64,000 nt of DNA from NCBI GenBank assembly GCA_041484665.1, contig JBGPIA010000002.1, positions 320,001 through 384,000 on the forward strand, given 5' to 3'. Every line of letters starts with the position of its first letter. The stretch's first letter is position 1. A model generated the notes under the pieces. That model did no database searches, was not told where the DNA came from, and saw nothing but the letters and a program-made list of their open reading frames with translations. The position numbers and the translations under genes were made by a program. Positions 28,342-37,675 of the stretch are shown here, piece after piece. The stretch is from Candidatus Krumholzibacteriia bacterium. Its GTDB lineage: Bacteria > Krumholzibacteriota > Krumholzibacteriia > JAJRXK01.

Positions 28342-29826
28342 TCAGGCACCGCGCGGGCCGTCCCCCTCCGGCCGCAGCTGGGGGAACAGGAGCACGTCCC
28401 GGATCGACGGGGCCCCCGTGAAGAGCATGGCGATGCGGTCTACGCCCATGCCGAGCCCGCCGGTGGGCGGCATCCCGTACTCCAGAGCGCGCAGGTAGTC
28501 CTCATCGAGCTGTTGCGCCTCCTCGTCCCCTGCCGCGCGCAGGCGCTGCTGCTCCTCGAAGCGCGCCCGCTGATCGCGCGCATCGTTGAGCTCGCTGAAG
28601 GCATTGGCCACCTCGGTGGCAGCCACGAAAGCCTCGAACCGCTCCACTAGGGCCGGGTCATGGCGGTGCCGGCGCGCGAGGGGGCTGAGCTCGACGGGGT
28701 AGTCGCACACGAAGGTGGGCTGGATGAGGGCGGGCTGCACGGTGGTGCCGAACACCTCGTCGAGAATCTTGCCGCGCCCCATGCTCTTGTCGACGTGGAC
28801 GTCCAGGCGGCCAGCGGCTGCGGCGGCCGCGTCGCGGTCGAGCGTGCGGAAGTCGACGCCGGTGCGCTCGCCGATCAGGTCGAAGAAGCCTGCGCGGCGG
28901 AAGCCCCCGCCCAGCTCGATGGTGTGCCCGCCGTAGGACAGCCGGCCGGCGGGGGCGAAGCACGCCGCGAGCCGTGCGAACATCCGCGCCACCAGCCCCA
29001 TGACGTCCTCGTAGTCCCAGTACGCCGCGTAGCACTCCAGCATGGTGAACTCGGGGTTGTGGGTGCGGTCGATGCCCTCGTTGCGGAAGTCCTTCCCGAA
29101 TTCGAAGACGCGGTCGAAACCACCCACGATGAGCCGCTTGAGGTACAGCTCGTCGGCGATGCGCAGGTAGAGGGTCGCGCCCCCCAGCGCGTTGTGCGTC
29201 GTGGTGAACGGGCGCGCGGCGGCGCCGCCGTACAGCGGCTGCAGGATCGGCGTCTCGACCTCCAGGAAACCCTCGTCGATGAGCTGAGCGCGCATCTCCT
29301 GGACGACGCGCGTCCGCGCCACGAACAGATCGCGCACCGGCCGGTTCATGATCAGGTCGAGATAGCGCTGACGGTAGCGCACTTCCACGTCCTGCAAGCC
29401 GTGCCATTTCTCCGGCAGCGGCCGCAGGCACTTGGCCAGCGCGGTGAAGGCGGTCACGTCCAGGGTCAGCTCGCCGCTGCGCGTGACCATCAGCTTACCT
29501 TCGCACCCCAGGAGGTCGCCCACCTCCAGCAGCCCGAAGCGATCGTATCCCTGCTCCCCCACCTGGTCCTGCCGGACGTAGACCTGCAGCCGCCCGTCCT
29601 GGTCCTCCAGGTGGGCGAAGGCCGCGCGCCCGTGGCGCCGCAGCGCCATCACGCGCCCCGCGACGCGCAGCGTCGTTGCGGTCTCGAGCAGACGCGCAGC
29701 CTCGGCCACCGCCTCCGCCAGGCGGTGGGTCCGCTCGTACCGATACGGGAAGACCGCGGCACCCTGCGCCTCCAGCGCACGGAGCTTGCCGAGCCTCTCC
29801 TGGATCAGGCGGTGGGTCTCATCCAT
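28342..29826 (-). CDS. lysS: Lysine--tRNA ligase (class II)
   Basis: LPEKWHGL, YRQRYLDL, FRNEG, HNPEFT and EYGMPPTGG motifs. Confidence 0.96.
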   Translation of the reverse strand: MDETHRLIQERLGKLRALEAQGAAVFPYRYERTHRLAEAVAEAARLLETATTLRVAGRVMALRRHGRAAFAHLEDQDGRLQVYVRQDQVGEQGYDRFGLLEVGDLLGCEGKLMVTRSGELTLDVTAFTALAKCLRPLPEKWHGLQDVEVRYRQRYLDLIMNRPVRDLFVARTRVVQEMRAQLIDEGFLEVETPILQPLYGGAAARPFTTTHNALGGATLYLRIADELYLKRLIVGGFDRVFEFGKDFRNEGIDRTHNPEFTMLECYAAYWDYEDVMGLVARMFARLAACFAPAGRLSYGGHTIELGGGFRRAGFFDLIGERTGVDFRTLDRDAAAAAAGRLDVHVDKSMGRGKILDEVFGTTVQPALIQPTFVCDYPVELSPLARRHRHDPALVERFEAFVAATEVANAFSELNDARDQRARFEEQQRLRAAGDEEAQQLDEDYLRALEYGMPPTGGLGMGVDRIAMLFTGAPSIRDVLLFPQLRPEGDGPRGA

Positions 29827-29885
29827 GCGTGCATCAGCGGACGGCCGAAAGCCCGGACCTTGGGGACGTGACGATCGCGCCGCAC

Positions 29886-29913
29886 ACTATCGGCCGCCGC
29901 GCCGCGGTGTCAA
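29886..29913 (-). promoter_or_regulatory. Possible sigma-70 promoter upstream of lysS
   Basis: TTGACA-N16-GATAGT on the minus strand, overlapping the prfB stop. Confidence 0.5.
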
Positions 29914-31020
29914 GCGGCGCGCCCGGCCATGCGCAGGTACGCCACGATGAACTCGTGCAGTCCGCCGTCCAACACGCGCTGGACATCGCCAGCCTCTAGC
30001 TCGGTGCGGTGGTCCTTCACCTTGGTATAGGGCTGCAGTACGTAGCTACGGATCTGGCTGCCGAAGTCGATGCGCAACTTGGACTGCTCCAGCACCGCGT
30101 GCTTGGCCCGCTCCTCCTCCATCCTGCGGTGGTACAGCTTGGCGTGGAGCACGCGCATGGCCAGCTCGCGGTTGCGGTGCTGGCTGCGCTCGTTCTGGCA
30201 CTGCACCACGATGCCGGTCGGGATGTGCGTCATGCGCACGGCGCTGCTGGTCTTGTTCACGTGCTGTCCGCCGGCCCCGCTGGCCCGGAACGTGTCGACG
30301 CGCAGGTCGCTGTCGGCGATCTGGATGTCGAAGTCCTGGTCTTCCACCAGCGGGTAGACGAACACCGAGGCGAAGCTGGTGTGGCGGCGGTGCTGGGCGT
30401 CGAACGGGCTGATGCGCACCAGGCGGTGTACGCCGCTCTCGCCCTTCAGGTAGCCGTAGGCGTAAGGCTCGCCGATCTCGAGGGTAGCGCTCTTGATGCC
30501 CGCCTCCTCACCCGGCTGGACGTCCAGGCCCTCGTGCTTCCACTCTTGCGCCTCGCAGTAACGTGTGTACATGCGCAGGAGCATCTGCGCCCAGTCCTGG
30601 CTCTCGGTGCCTCCGGCGCCGGGGTGAATCTCCAGCATGGCGCCCTTCTCGTCGTCGGGCGCGCCCAGCATGAAATTGGTCTCGAGGTGTGCGAGCGTCC
30701 GGCCGGCGCGCGCGAGGGCGGCCTGCGCCTCCGCCGCTGCCTCCGCGGCGCCATCCTGCGCCGCCATTTCCGCGAACAGCTGGGCCTCCTCGACCTGCGT
30801 GGCGAGCTCGGCCAGCGGAACAGTCCAGCGCTTGACCTGGTTGGCCTGTGCGATGACCTGGCGCGCCGCTTGCGGATCGCCCCAGAAGTCGGGGGCGGCC
30901 ATCAGCCGCTCGAAACGCTCCCGCTCCACCTGCAGGCGAGCGAGGTCAAAGCCCCTCCTTCAGGTGCTCGGCCCGGCGCACCAGCTCGTCCAGATCCAGG
31001 ATCTCCTCGCCGTCGCTCAC
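29910..31020 (-). CDS. prfB: Peptide chain release factor 2 with programmed +1 frameshift
   Basis: A 24-codon first frame from GTG 31020 (MSDGEE...KEGL) ends in CTT TGA C. The +1 frame carries SPF and GGQ motifs. Confidence 0.95.
30945..30960 (-). other. prfB +1 ribosomal frameshift site
   Basis: AAGGAG GGG CTT TGA C: an internal Shine-Dalgarno followed by the slippery CTT and in-frame TGA. Confidence 0.92.
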
Positions 31021-31715
31021 GCCGGGTCCCTCCTGCGGTCGGGGTGCACATCGTCGTCCTGGCGGCCCGCCCACGGCGGGTCGCTGGCGGCCAGCTGCAG
31101 ACCCAGCAGCCGGTCCACCTCCTGCAGCAGCAGAGCGCGCACCTGGGCGCGCGGCCGGTCGGTCTCGATCACGGCGTCCGCCCGCGCCAAGCTGGCCTTG
31201 ACCGCCAGGGTGCGGTCGACCCGCTGCCGTGCCTCTTCGGGGGAGAGCCCGTCACGCGCCACGATGCGCCGCACCTGTTCGGTCTTTGGCGCGTCGGTCA
31301 TCAGGACCGCGTCGCATGGCAGCGGCGGATCGAATTGGAAGTGCAGCGCCGCGTCCACCACGATCAGCTCGGCGGCGCGGCTCTCGCGCAGGCGCTCGAT
31401 GCGCCGGCGGATCTCGGCCAGCAGGGGAGGGTGCACGATCGAGCCCAGCTCTGCTAAGGCCTGCGGGTCGGCGAAGACGTGGGCGCCGAGCCGGCGCCGG
31501 TCGACGGCGCCACGCTCGTCGCGCACACCCTGCCCGAAGCGCTCGCCCAGAGCCTGCGCAACATCGGGTCGCAGCAGCAGCTCGTGCCCGACGCGGTCGG
31601 CTTCGATCACGAAGGCGCCACGCTGGGCGAGCCACGCGCAGACGGTGCTCTTGCCCGTGCCGATCGCCCCCGCCACCACCAGCACGCGAGCCTGCGGTCC
31701 CCCCCGCGGGCTCAC
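31017..31715 (-). CDS. coaE: Dephospho-CoA kinase
   Basis: GAIGTGKSTV, ADRVGH, VDRRRLG and IVHP motifs. Confidence 0.88.
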   Translation of the reverse strand: MSPRGGPQARVLVVAGAIGTGKSTVCAWLAQRGAFVIEADRVGHELLLRPDVAQALGERFGQGVRDERGAVDRRRLGAHVFADPQALAELGSIVHPPLLAEIRRRIERLRESRAAELIVVDAALHFQFDPPLPCDAVLMTDAPKTEQVRRIVARDGLSPEEARQRVDRTLAVKASLARADAVIETDRPRAQVRALLLQEVDRLLGLQLAASDPPWAGRQDDDVHPDRRRDPA

Positions 31716-34444
31716 GCGTGCGCCTCCGCCCAGTTGCGCCCAAAGGAGGTCTCCACCAGGAGCGGCACCGACAACGCGAACACTCCTTCCATCTCCTCCT
31801 TCACCGCTCGCGCGACGCGCTCGCGCTGACCAGCTTCGACCTCGACGATAAGCTCGTCGTGCACTTGCAGCAACAGATGGGCCGCCAGCCCCTCGCGGGC
31901 GATGCGCGCGTCCAGACGGATCATGGCCGCCTTGATCAGGTCGGCGGCCGAGCCCTGGATGGGCGTGTTCACCGCCATGCGCTCGCCGAGGGCCACCTGC
32001 TGCGGGCTCTGGCTGGCAAGCTCGGGCAGGCGGCGGCGGCGCCCCAGGATCGTGCGCACCTCGCCTTCGCGGCGCGCCAGCTCCACGGTCTCGTCGATGA
32101 AGCGTCGCACGCCCGGCAGCTTGGCGAAGTACCCGTCGATAAACGCTTGCGCGTCGCGCACGGGGATCTCCAACTGCTGCGCCAGCGCCCGCGCCCCCAT
32201 GCCGTAGAGAATGCCGAAGTTCACGACCTTCGCCTGGCGCCGCATCTGGGGCGTCACGTCGGCGAGCGCCACGCCGTGCACCAGCGCCGCGGTGCGGGCG
32301 TGGACGTCCTCGCCGGCGGCGAACGCCGCGCGCAGCGTTTCGTCGCCGGACAGATGCGCCATGAGCCGCAGCTCGATCTGGCTATAGTCGGCCGACAGGA
32401 GCAGGTGACCGGGATCGCGTGGGATGAACGCCGCGCGGATGCGGCGCCCCAGCTCGGTCCGCACCGGAATGTTCTGCAGGTTGGGGTCGCTACTGCTCAG
32501 ACGCCCGGTGGCGGCCACCGCCTGATTGAAGCTGGTGTGCAGGCAGCCGGTCGCCGGGTTGAGCAGTTTGGGCAACGCCTCGGCGTAGGTGGACAGCAGC
32601 TTCTGCAGCTGGCGGTACTCCAGCAGCGTCGCCGGCAGGGGATGCTCCTTGGCCAACTTGGTGAGCACGTCCACGTCGGTGGACTGCCCGGTGGCGGTCT
32701 TGCGCGCCGACTTCAGCCCGAGCTTCTGGAAGAGGATCACCGAGAGCTGCTTCGCGCTGTTCAGATTGAACTGCTCGCCCGCCTGGGCGTACGCCAGCTC
32801 GGTCAGCCGCGCGAGCGCAGCGCGCAGCTCGCGGGACAGCGTCTCCAGCAGCCCCACGTCCAGCTTCACGCCGTGCCGCTCCATGCGGAGCAGCACCTGC
32901 GACAGCGGCATCTCCAGATCGTGCATCAGGTGGTCGAGCTGCTCGGTGACGAGCTCGGGGGCGAAGACCGCGTGCAGGCGCAGGGCGTAGTCGGCGTCCT
33001 CGCACGCGTAGCGCGTGAGTCGATCCAACGGGACCTGGCGGATGTCGCTCGTGTCCAGGCCGTCGAATAGCGACTTGTAGGGTGTCGCCGGCAGCCTCAG
33101 CACCTCGCCGGCCAACAGGTCCAGGCCGTGCTGGCGCCGCTCGGGAGCCAGCAGATGGCTGGCGATCATGGTATCGAACTCCACCCCGGCGAGCGGGGCG
33201 CCGTGACCGTGGAGCACGTGCTGGTCGTACTTGAGGTTCTGCCCCACCTTGGGCAGGCGGGCGTCGGCGAGGAAGGGCGCCAGCAGCGAGCGCACCTGCG
33301 CCCAGGGCAGGCGCTCGCCAGAGGCTGCGCCGAACAGATCGCCCGGAGCGCCGTGGTCGTCCGCGACCGCCACCGGGATGTACCAAGCGCGCCCGGGCTG
33401 CGCCGCCAGTGAGATCCCTACCAGCTCGGCGCGCAGCGGGTCCAGCGCGGTGGTCTCGGTGTCGATGGCCCAGGGCGTGTGCGCCCGCAGCTCCGCGAGC
33501 AGTGCGCGCAGCTCGTCCACCGAGCGCACTTGCCGGTAGTCCGGTCCGGCCGCCGCCGCCGCCGGCCCGCTGGCCTGCTGCGCCGGCAGGCGCTCGAGCA
33601 AACTGTAGAACTCCAGTGCGCGGCACAGCTGCAGGAACGCCTCGGGGTACCCGCGCGCAAGCCGCGCCGCGGCCACGTCGAGCTGCACGGGTGCGTGCGT
33701 GTCGATGGTGAGCAGCCTGCGGGTCAGCGGCAGCTGCTCGCGACTGGCGCGCAGCGCTTCGCGCAGGCGCGGTGTGAGCTCCTGCGCGTGGTCGAGATCC
33801 TCCAGCAGCCTGGCCACGCTCTGATGCCGGGCGACGAGCCCGAGCGCCGTCTTCTCGCCCACACCCGGCACGCCCGGGACGTTGTCGCTCTGGTCGCCCA
33901 TCAGCGTCAGCGCATCCAGGTACTGCGCCGGGCGCAAGCCATAGCGCGCGGTGACCGCGCGCTCGTCGAGGTACTCGTCCTTCCCGCCGCGCGCAGCGGG
34001 CCGCAGGATGCCCACGCCCGGGCGCACCAGCGGCACGAAGTCCTTGTCCGCCGAGTAGATCCAGACCTCGTGCGGCGGCGCTAGCTGACGGGCCAGGGTC
34101 CCCAGCACGTCGTCGGCCTCGTAACCGGGGAGCTCCACCAGGGGCACGCCGAGCGCCCCCACCAGCTCGCGCACGCGGGGGATCTGCGACGCCAGGTCGA
34201 CAGGCATGGGGGGACGCTGGGCCTTGTAGGCCGGGAAGAGCTCGTGGCGAAAGGTGGGGCCCTTGGCATCGAGGGCGACGACCAGGGCATCGGCGCCCTC
34301 CTCATCCTTGAGATGAGCCAGCGCCTGCGCAAAGCCGAATGGCGCGCTGGTCACCTCACCCTGGCTGGTGGTGAGGGGCCGTCCGGCGAAGGCGAAGTGG
34401 CTGCGGTAGAGCAGCGCCGAGCCGTCGACCAGGAAAATCTTCAC
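31712..34444 (-). CDS. polA: DNA polymerase I
   Basis: 5'-3' exonuclease (VDGSALLYR, EADD), 3'-5' exonuclease (IDTETT) and polymerase motifs (DYSQIELR, QVHDE). Confidence 0.96.
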   Translation of the reverse strand: MKIFLVDGSALLYRSHFAFAGRPLTTSQGEVTSAPFGFAQALAHLKDEEGADALVVALDAKGPTFRHELFPAYKAQRPPMPVDLASQIPRVRELVGALGVPLVELPGYEADDVLGTLARQLAPPHEVWIYSADKDFVPLVRPGVGILRPAARGGKDEYLDERAVTARYGLRPAQYLDALTLMGDQSDNVPGVPGVGEKTALGLVARHQSVARLLEDLDHAQELTPRLREALRASREQLPLTRRLLTIDTHAPVQLDVAAARLARGYPEAFLQLCRALEFYSLLERLPAQQASGPAAAAAGPDYRQVRSVDELRALLAELRAHTPWAIDTETTALDPLRAELVGISLAAQPGRAWYIPVAVADDHGAPGDLFGAASGERLPWAQVRSLLAPFLADARLPKVGQNLKYDQHVLHGHGAPLAGVEFDTMIASHLLAPERRQHGLDLLAGEVLRLPATPYKSLFDGLDTSDIRQVPLDRLTRYACEDADYALRLHAVFAPELVTEQLDHLMHDLEMPLSQVLLRMERHGVKLDVGLLETLSRELRAALARLTELAYAQAGEQFNLNSAKQLSVILFQKLGLKSARKTATGQSTDVDVLTKLAKEHPLPATLLEYRQLQKLLSTYAEALPKLLNPATGCLHTSFNQAVAATGRLSSSDPNLQNIPVRTELGRRIRAAFIPRDPGHLLLSADYSQIELRLMAHLSGDETLRAAFAAGEDVHARTAALVHGVALADVTPQMRRQAKVVNFGILYGMGARALAQQLEIPVRDAQAFIDGYFAKLPGVRRFIDETVELARREGEVRTILGRRRRLPELASQSPQQVALGERMAVNTPIQGSAADLIKAAMIRLDARIAREGLAAHLLLQVHDELIVEVEAGQRERVARAVKEEMEGVFALSVPLLVETSFGRNWAEAHA

Positions 34445-35040
34445 GCCCCGCCCTCCCCGCGGTAGAGACCGTGGGTCTCGATGTAGGCGAGCACCGCCCT
34501 GGGGATCTGCGCTGGGCGCTCGCCCCGGCCCAGGGCGGCGCGCAGCTGCGCGGAGGACACGGCGACCGGCGGCCCCGCCAGCCAGTGTACGGCGACGCCA
34601 TAGACCGCGAACGGGCGGCTGGCGTCCGGGGCCCCGCGCGGGGCCACCACCGGGGGTGCCAGGCGCACCAGCCACTCAGGCTGTCGCCACGCGGATAACT
34701 CGCGCAGCGAGTCCTCGCCCATCACGAAGAAGAACGACGCAGCCGGCTCGCGGCGCCGCAGCTCCAGGACGGTGTCGACCGAGTAGTGGACACCAGGAGT
34801 ATCGAGCTCCAGCGTGCACAGCTGCAGCCCGGGCTCAGCCTGCAGGGCACGTCGCAGCATCTCCAGGCGGTGGGCGCCCAGCGTCAGCGGGCGGTCCAGC
34901 TTGTGGGGAGGCTGGTCGGCCGGCAGCAGCCAGACCGCCTCGAGCGCGAGCTGATCGCGCGCGCGGCGCGCCACGGTGAGGTGGCCCTCGTGCACCGGAT
35001 CGAAGGACCCGCCCAAGAGCCCGATCCGGCGCGCCGTCAC
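34441..35040 (-). CDS. nadD: Nicotinate-nucleotide adenylyltransferase
   Basis: GGSFDPVHEGH, PPHK, MGEDS and VSS motifs. Confidence 0.92.
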   Translation of the reverse strand: MTARRIGLLGGSFDPVHEGHLTVARRARDQLALEAVWLLPADQPPHKLDRPLTLGAHRLEMLRRALQAEPGLQLCTLELDTPGVHYSVDTVLELRRREPAASFFFVMGEDSLRELSAWRQPEWLVRLAPPVVAPRGAPDASRPFAVYGVAVHWLAGPPVAVSSAQLRAALGRGERPAQIPRAVLAYIETHGLYRGEGGA

Positions 35041-35945
35041 CGCAGGCTCTCCGACCCGGGCCCTCCCCCGCCCGCGCCCGCTTCCTGCCCGAGCTTGTGC
35101 ATGAGCTCCTTGGCCGCGCCCGCGGTCGGGTGCTGCGGGTAGCGGCTGAGCACCTCCCCCAAGCAGGTGCGCGCCCGCTCGCTGTCGTGCTGGCGCAGAG
35201 CGACGCGGCCGCGCAGCAGCAACATGTCGGGGCGCAGCGTGCTCTCCTTGCTCGCCTCCAGCAAATCGTCCAGCACGAGCGCGGCCGCGCCATACTGGCG
35301 CAGGCTCCAGTACTGCCGCGCCTGCTCCAGGCGCTTGCGCGCCAGGTGCAACTCAAGCGCGTCGAGCTCCTGTTGAGTCTGCTCGCGGTGGCGGCCGGTG
35401 GGGAACTGCGCCAGGTATTTCTGGAAGTGCTCGACCGCTTTCTGCGTCACCTTCTGGTCGAGGCGATAGTTGGGCCGTTGGCGAGCGTACGAGATGCCCT
35501 CTAGGAAGAATGCGTCGTCCGCCAGGTCGGTGTTGGGGTAGTCGTTGCGCAGGATCTCGTACTCGACGGCGGACAGCGCGTACTCCTTCGCCTCCATGTA
35601 GCATTGGGCCACCAGGAACTGCGCCTGGGCCGCGGAGGGATCCTTGGGGTTGCGCCGGACGAAGAGCTTCAGGTCCTCGATCGCAAGGGTGTAGCGCTTG
35701 CCGTGGAACTCGGCCTCTCCGCGCTCGTAGGTTCCCACCGGCAGGTGCTTGCCAGGCGCGCCGCAGGCGCAAAGCGCTAGCAGGGCGACGAGCGCGCCCA
35801 GCGCTACGAGCGCCAGCCGCGCCGCCCCCGGCCTCGCGCCGCGGGACGGTCGGGTGCGCCGCGCCGGGAGCAGCCGATGCGGCGGGGTTCCGTTGCCGCG
35901 CCGCGCCCTCACGGCGCCGGTCGGATCACTGCGCGCCGGGAACAT
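35037..35945 (-). CDS. bamD: Outer membrane assembly lipoprotein BamD-like (TPR); start uncertain
   Basis: Lipobox LCA-C, TPR repeats, LDQKVT and LARKRLEQARQY pattern. Confidence 0.8.
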   Translation of the reverse strand: MFPARSDPTGAVRARRGNGTPPHRLLPARRTRPSRGARPGAARLALVALGALVALLALCACGAPGKHLPVGTYERGEAEFHGKRYTLAIEDLKLFVRRNPKDPSAAQAQFLVAQCYMEAKEYALSAVEYEILRNDYPNTDLADDAFFLEGISYARQRPNYRLDQKVTQKAVEHFQKYLAQFPTGRHREQTQQELDALELHLARKRLEQARQYWSLRQYGAAALVLDDLLEASKESTLRPDMLLLRGRVALRQHDSERARTCLGEVLSRYPQHPTAGAAKELMHKLGQEAGAGGGGPGSESLR

Positions 35946-36894
35946 GGAGCGCCTCGATCCTGCGCTGGGCTTGCTCGGCGACGGTGTCGCTGGGTGCGGA
36001 CGCGTTCTTCACGATCTCCTCGTACCAGTGCAGGGCATCCGCCGGCCGGCCCGCTGCCTCGTGCGCGCGCGCCGCCAGCACGCGGCCACGCTGGAGCAGC
36101 GCCCGGTTCATGCCCGGCGCGAGCTCCTCCTCGGCGAAGCGCAGTGCCGCGGCTGGGTCGGTGGGCAGCGCCGCCTCGGCCTTCTCGAGCAGGGTCGATT
36201 GGTAGCGCCAGACGACCCGCCTGCGGAAGAGGCTGCTCGCGGGCCAGTCGCGCCGATAGGACCGGTAGACGTCCAGGGCCTCGTCGTCGCGCCCCAACTG
36301 GTCCAGACACTGGCCGTGGCACCAGCGCCATTCCTGGCGGCTGAGCTCGGGGCCGTCGCCCGCCGCGTCGAGCTTGGCGTAGAGAGGCACAGCAGCGCGG
36401 TAGTCCTTCGCGGTGTAGAGCTGGCGGGCCACCGTCGGGGTCAGCCCGCCCAAGTCCACGCGGGGGTCGTAGCGGTACGCCTCCAGCATGCGCGCCGTGG
36501 CGCGGTTCCCCCACCCTGCCTGCACGTCCCGCAACGCCGCCTGCTGGAGCTCCCGCCCGATCGGCACGGCCAGCGTGCTGTCCGCGGTGACCGCGGACTG
36601 GAACGACACGAGCGCCGGCTTGTCGTCCTCGTCGCGCAGCAACCCGACGCCCAGGTAGTAGTCGAGCCCGGCAGAGCGTTCACCCGCACCTTGGTAGCGC
36701 TGGACCCGCGCTCGCAGCTCGGCGATCTGGCCGGACTGCAGCAGCGGCTCGAGCTCGGCCCGCCGGTCGGGCGCGCGCTTGCTGCAACCGGCGAGCAGCA
36801 ACGGCAGCGTCGCGACCGCGGCCAGCCACCACGACGTGCCGGCACGCCTCATCCCGCCTCGCCGGAGCATGCGCTCAGCTCGCTCCCGCGACAT
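35926..36894 (-). CDS. TPR-containing lipoprotein of unknown function
   Basis: Lipobox LAG-C and helical TPR-like repeats; overlaps both neighbours. Confidence 0.7.
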   Translation of the reverse strand: MSRERAERMLRRGGMRRAGTSWWLAAVATLPLLLAGCSKRAPDRRAELEPLLQSGQIAELRARVQRYQGAGERSAGLDYYLGVGLLRDEDDKPALVSFQSAVTADSTLAVPIGRELQQAALRDVQAGWGNRATARMLEAYRYDPRVDLGGLTPTVARQLYTAKDYRAAVPLYAKLDAAGDGPELSRQEWRWCHGQCLDQLGRDDEALDVYRSYRRDWPASSLFRRRVVWRYQSTLLEKAEAALPTDPAAALRFAEEELAPGMNRALLQRGRVLAARAHEAAGRPADALHWYEEIVKNASAPSDTVAEQAQRRIEALHVPGAQ

Positions 36895-37675
36895 AGACGA
36901 GGATCACGCCGCCCAGCAGGCCGAGCACCACTCCCCGCTCCACCCAGGGACTGCGTCTCTCCAGCACACTGGACGGCTGCTTCAGCGCGTTGACCACCCA
37001 CGCGGGCGTATCCGTAGACAGGGCGTCCTTGCGGGAGGCCGGGAACCAGTCCACCGACTGTACGGTGGGATTCCCCGACCAGAGCACGCTCCCCGGCGGC
37101 GAGCCCCGCGCCGAACCCGGCGCCAACCCGGCCGCGAGCCCCGCCCACGACCCCCCCGCGGAGCGAGAGGCAAAGCCCTCCCCATCGCCCGACGCATACG
37201 TAGAGGCCTTCGCCGAGAGCTGCAGGCTCGCGCGGCGCTCCATCCTCCCCGTGCCCAGCGAGAGGAAGCTGCGCTGCCCCTGGGACAGGGCGAAGTCAGC
37301 GCGCGTGAGCGCGAGCTCAACGACGAACGCTGAATCGGGATTCGTGGCGCAAGCGGGGTCCACCACCCACACATCACGCCCGCCTCGCGCCAGGCGTACG
37401 GCCAGGGAGTCCTGCAACAGCGGCATGAGCTCGTGGCCAGGCATCGCCCGCAGGCCGATGCGCGCCCCCGGCGCCAATCCCGCGACCTGGGTGGCAACCT
37501 GCTCCACCAGGCGCGCCAGCAGCAGATCCTGCAGCTGCCGGTGACTCGGCGCCCGCGACCCGAGATCCCCGGCGGCGGCCGGGGCCGCGGCCGCGAGCGC
37601 GGCCGCCAGCAGCAGCACTGTCACGCGCGCGGGCGTTGGCCCCAGCACGAACGCGGGCCTCCACCGATTGCTCAC
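36875..37675 (-). CDS. Hypothetical exported protein with C-terminal TM anchor
   Basis: GTG 37675 overlaps the rimO stop. It has an N-terminal signal-like segment and a hydrophobic C-terminus (GVVLGLLGGVILVYV). Confidence 0.65.
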   Translation of the reverse strand: MSNRWRPAFVLGPTPARVTVLLLAAALAAAAPAAAGDLGSRAPSHRQLQDLLLARLVEQVATQVAGLAPGARIGLRAMPGHELMPLLQDSLAVRLARGGRDVWVVDPACATNPDSAFVVELALTRADFALSQGQRSFLSLGTGRMERRASLQLSAKASTYASGDGEGFASRSAGGSWAGLAAGLAPGSARGSPPGSVLWSGNPTVQSVDWFPASRKDALSTDTPAWVVNALKQPSSVLERRSPWVERGVVLGLLGGVILVYVAGAS

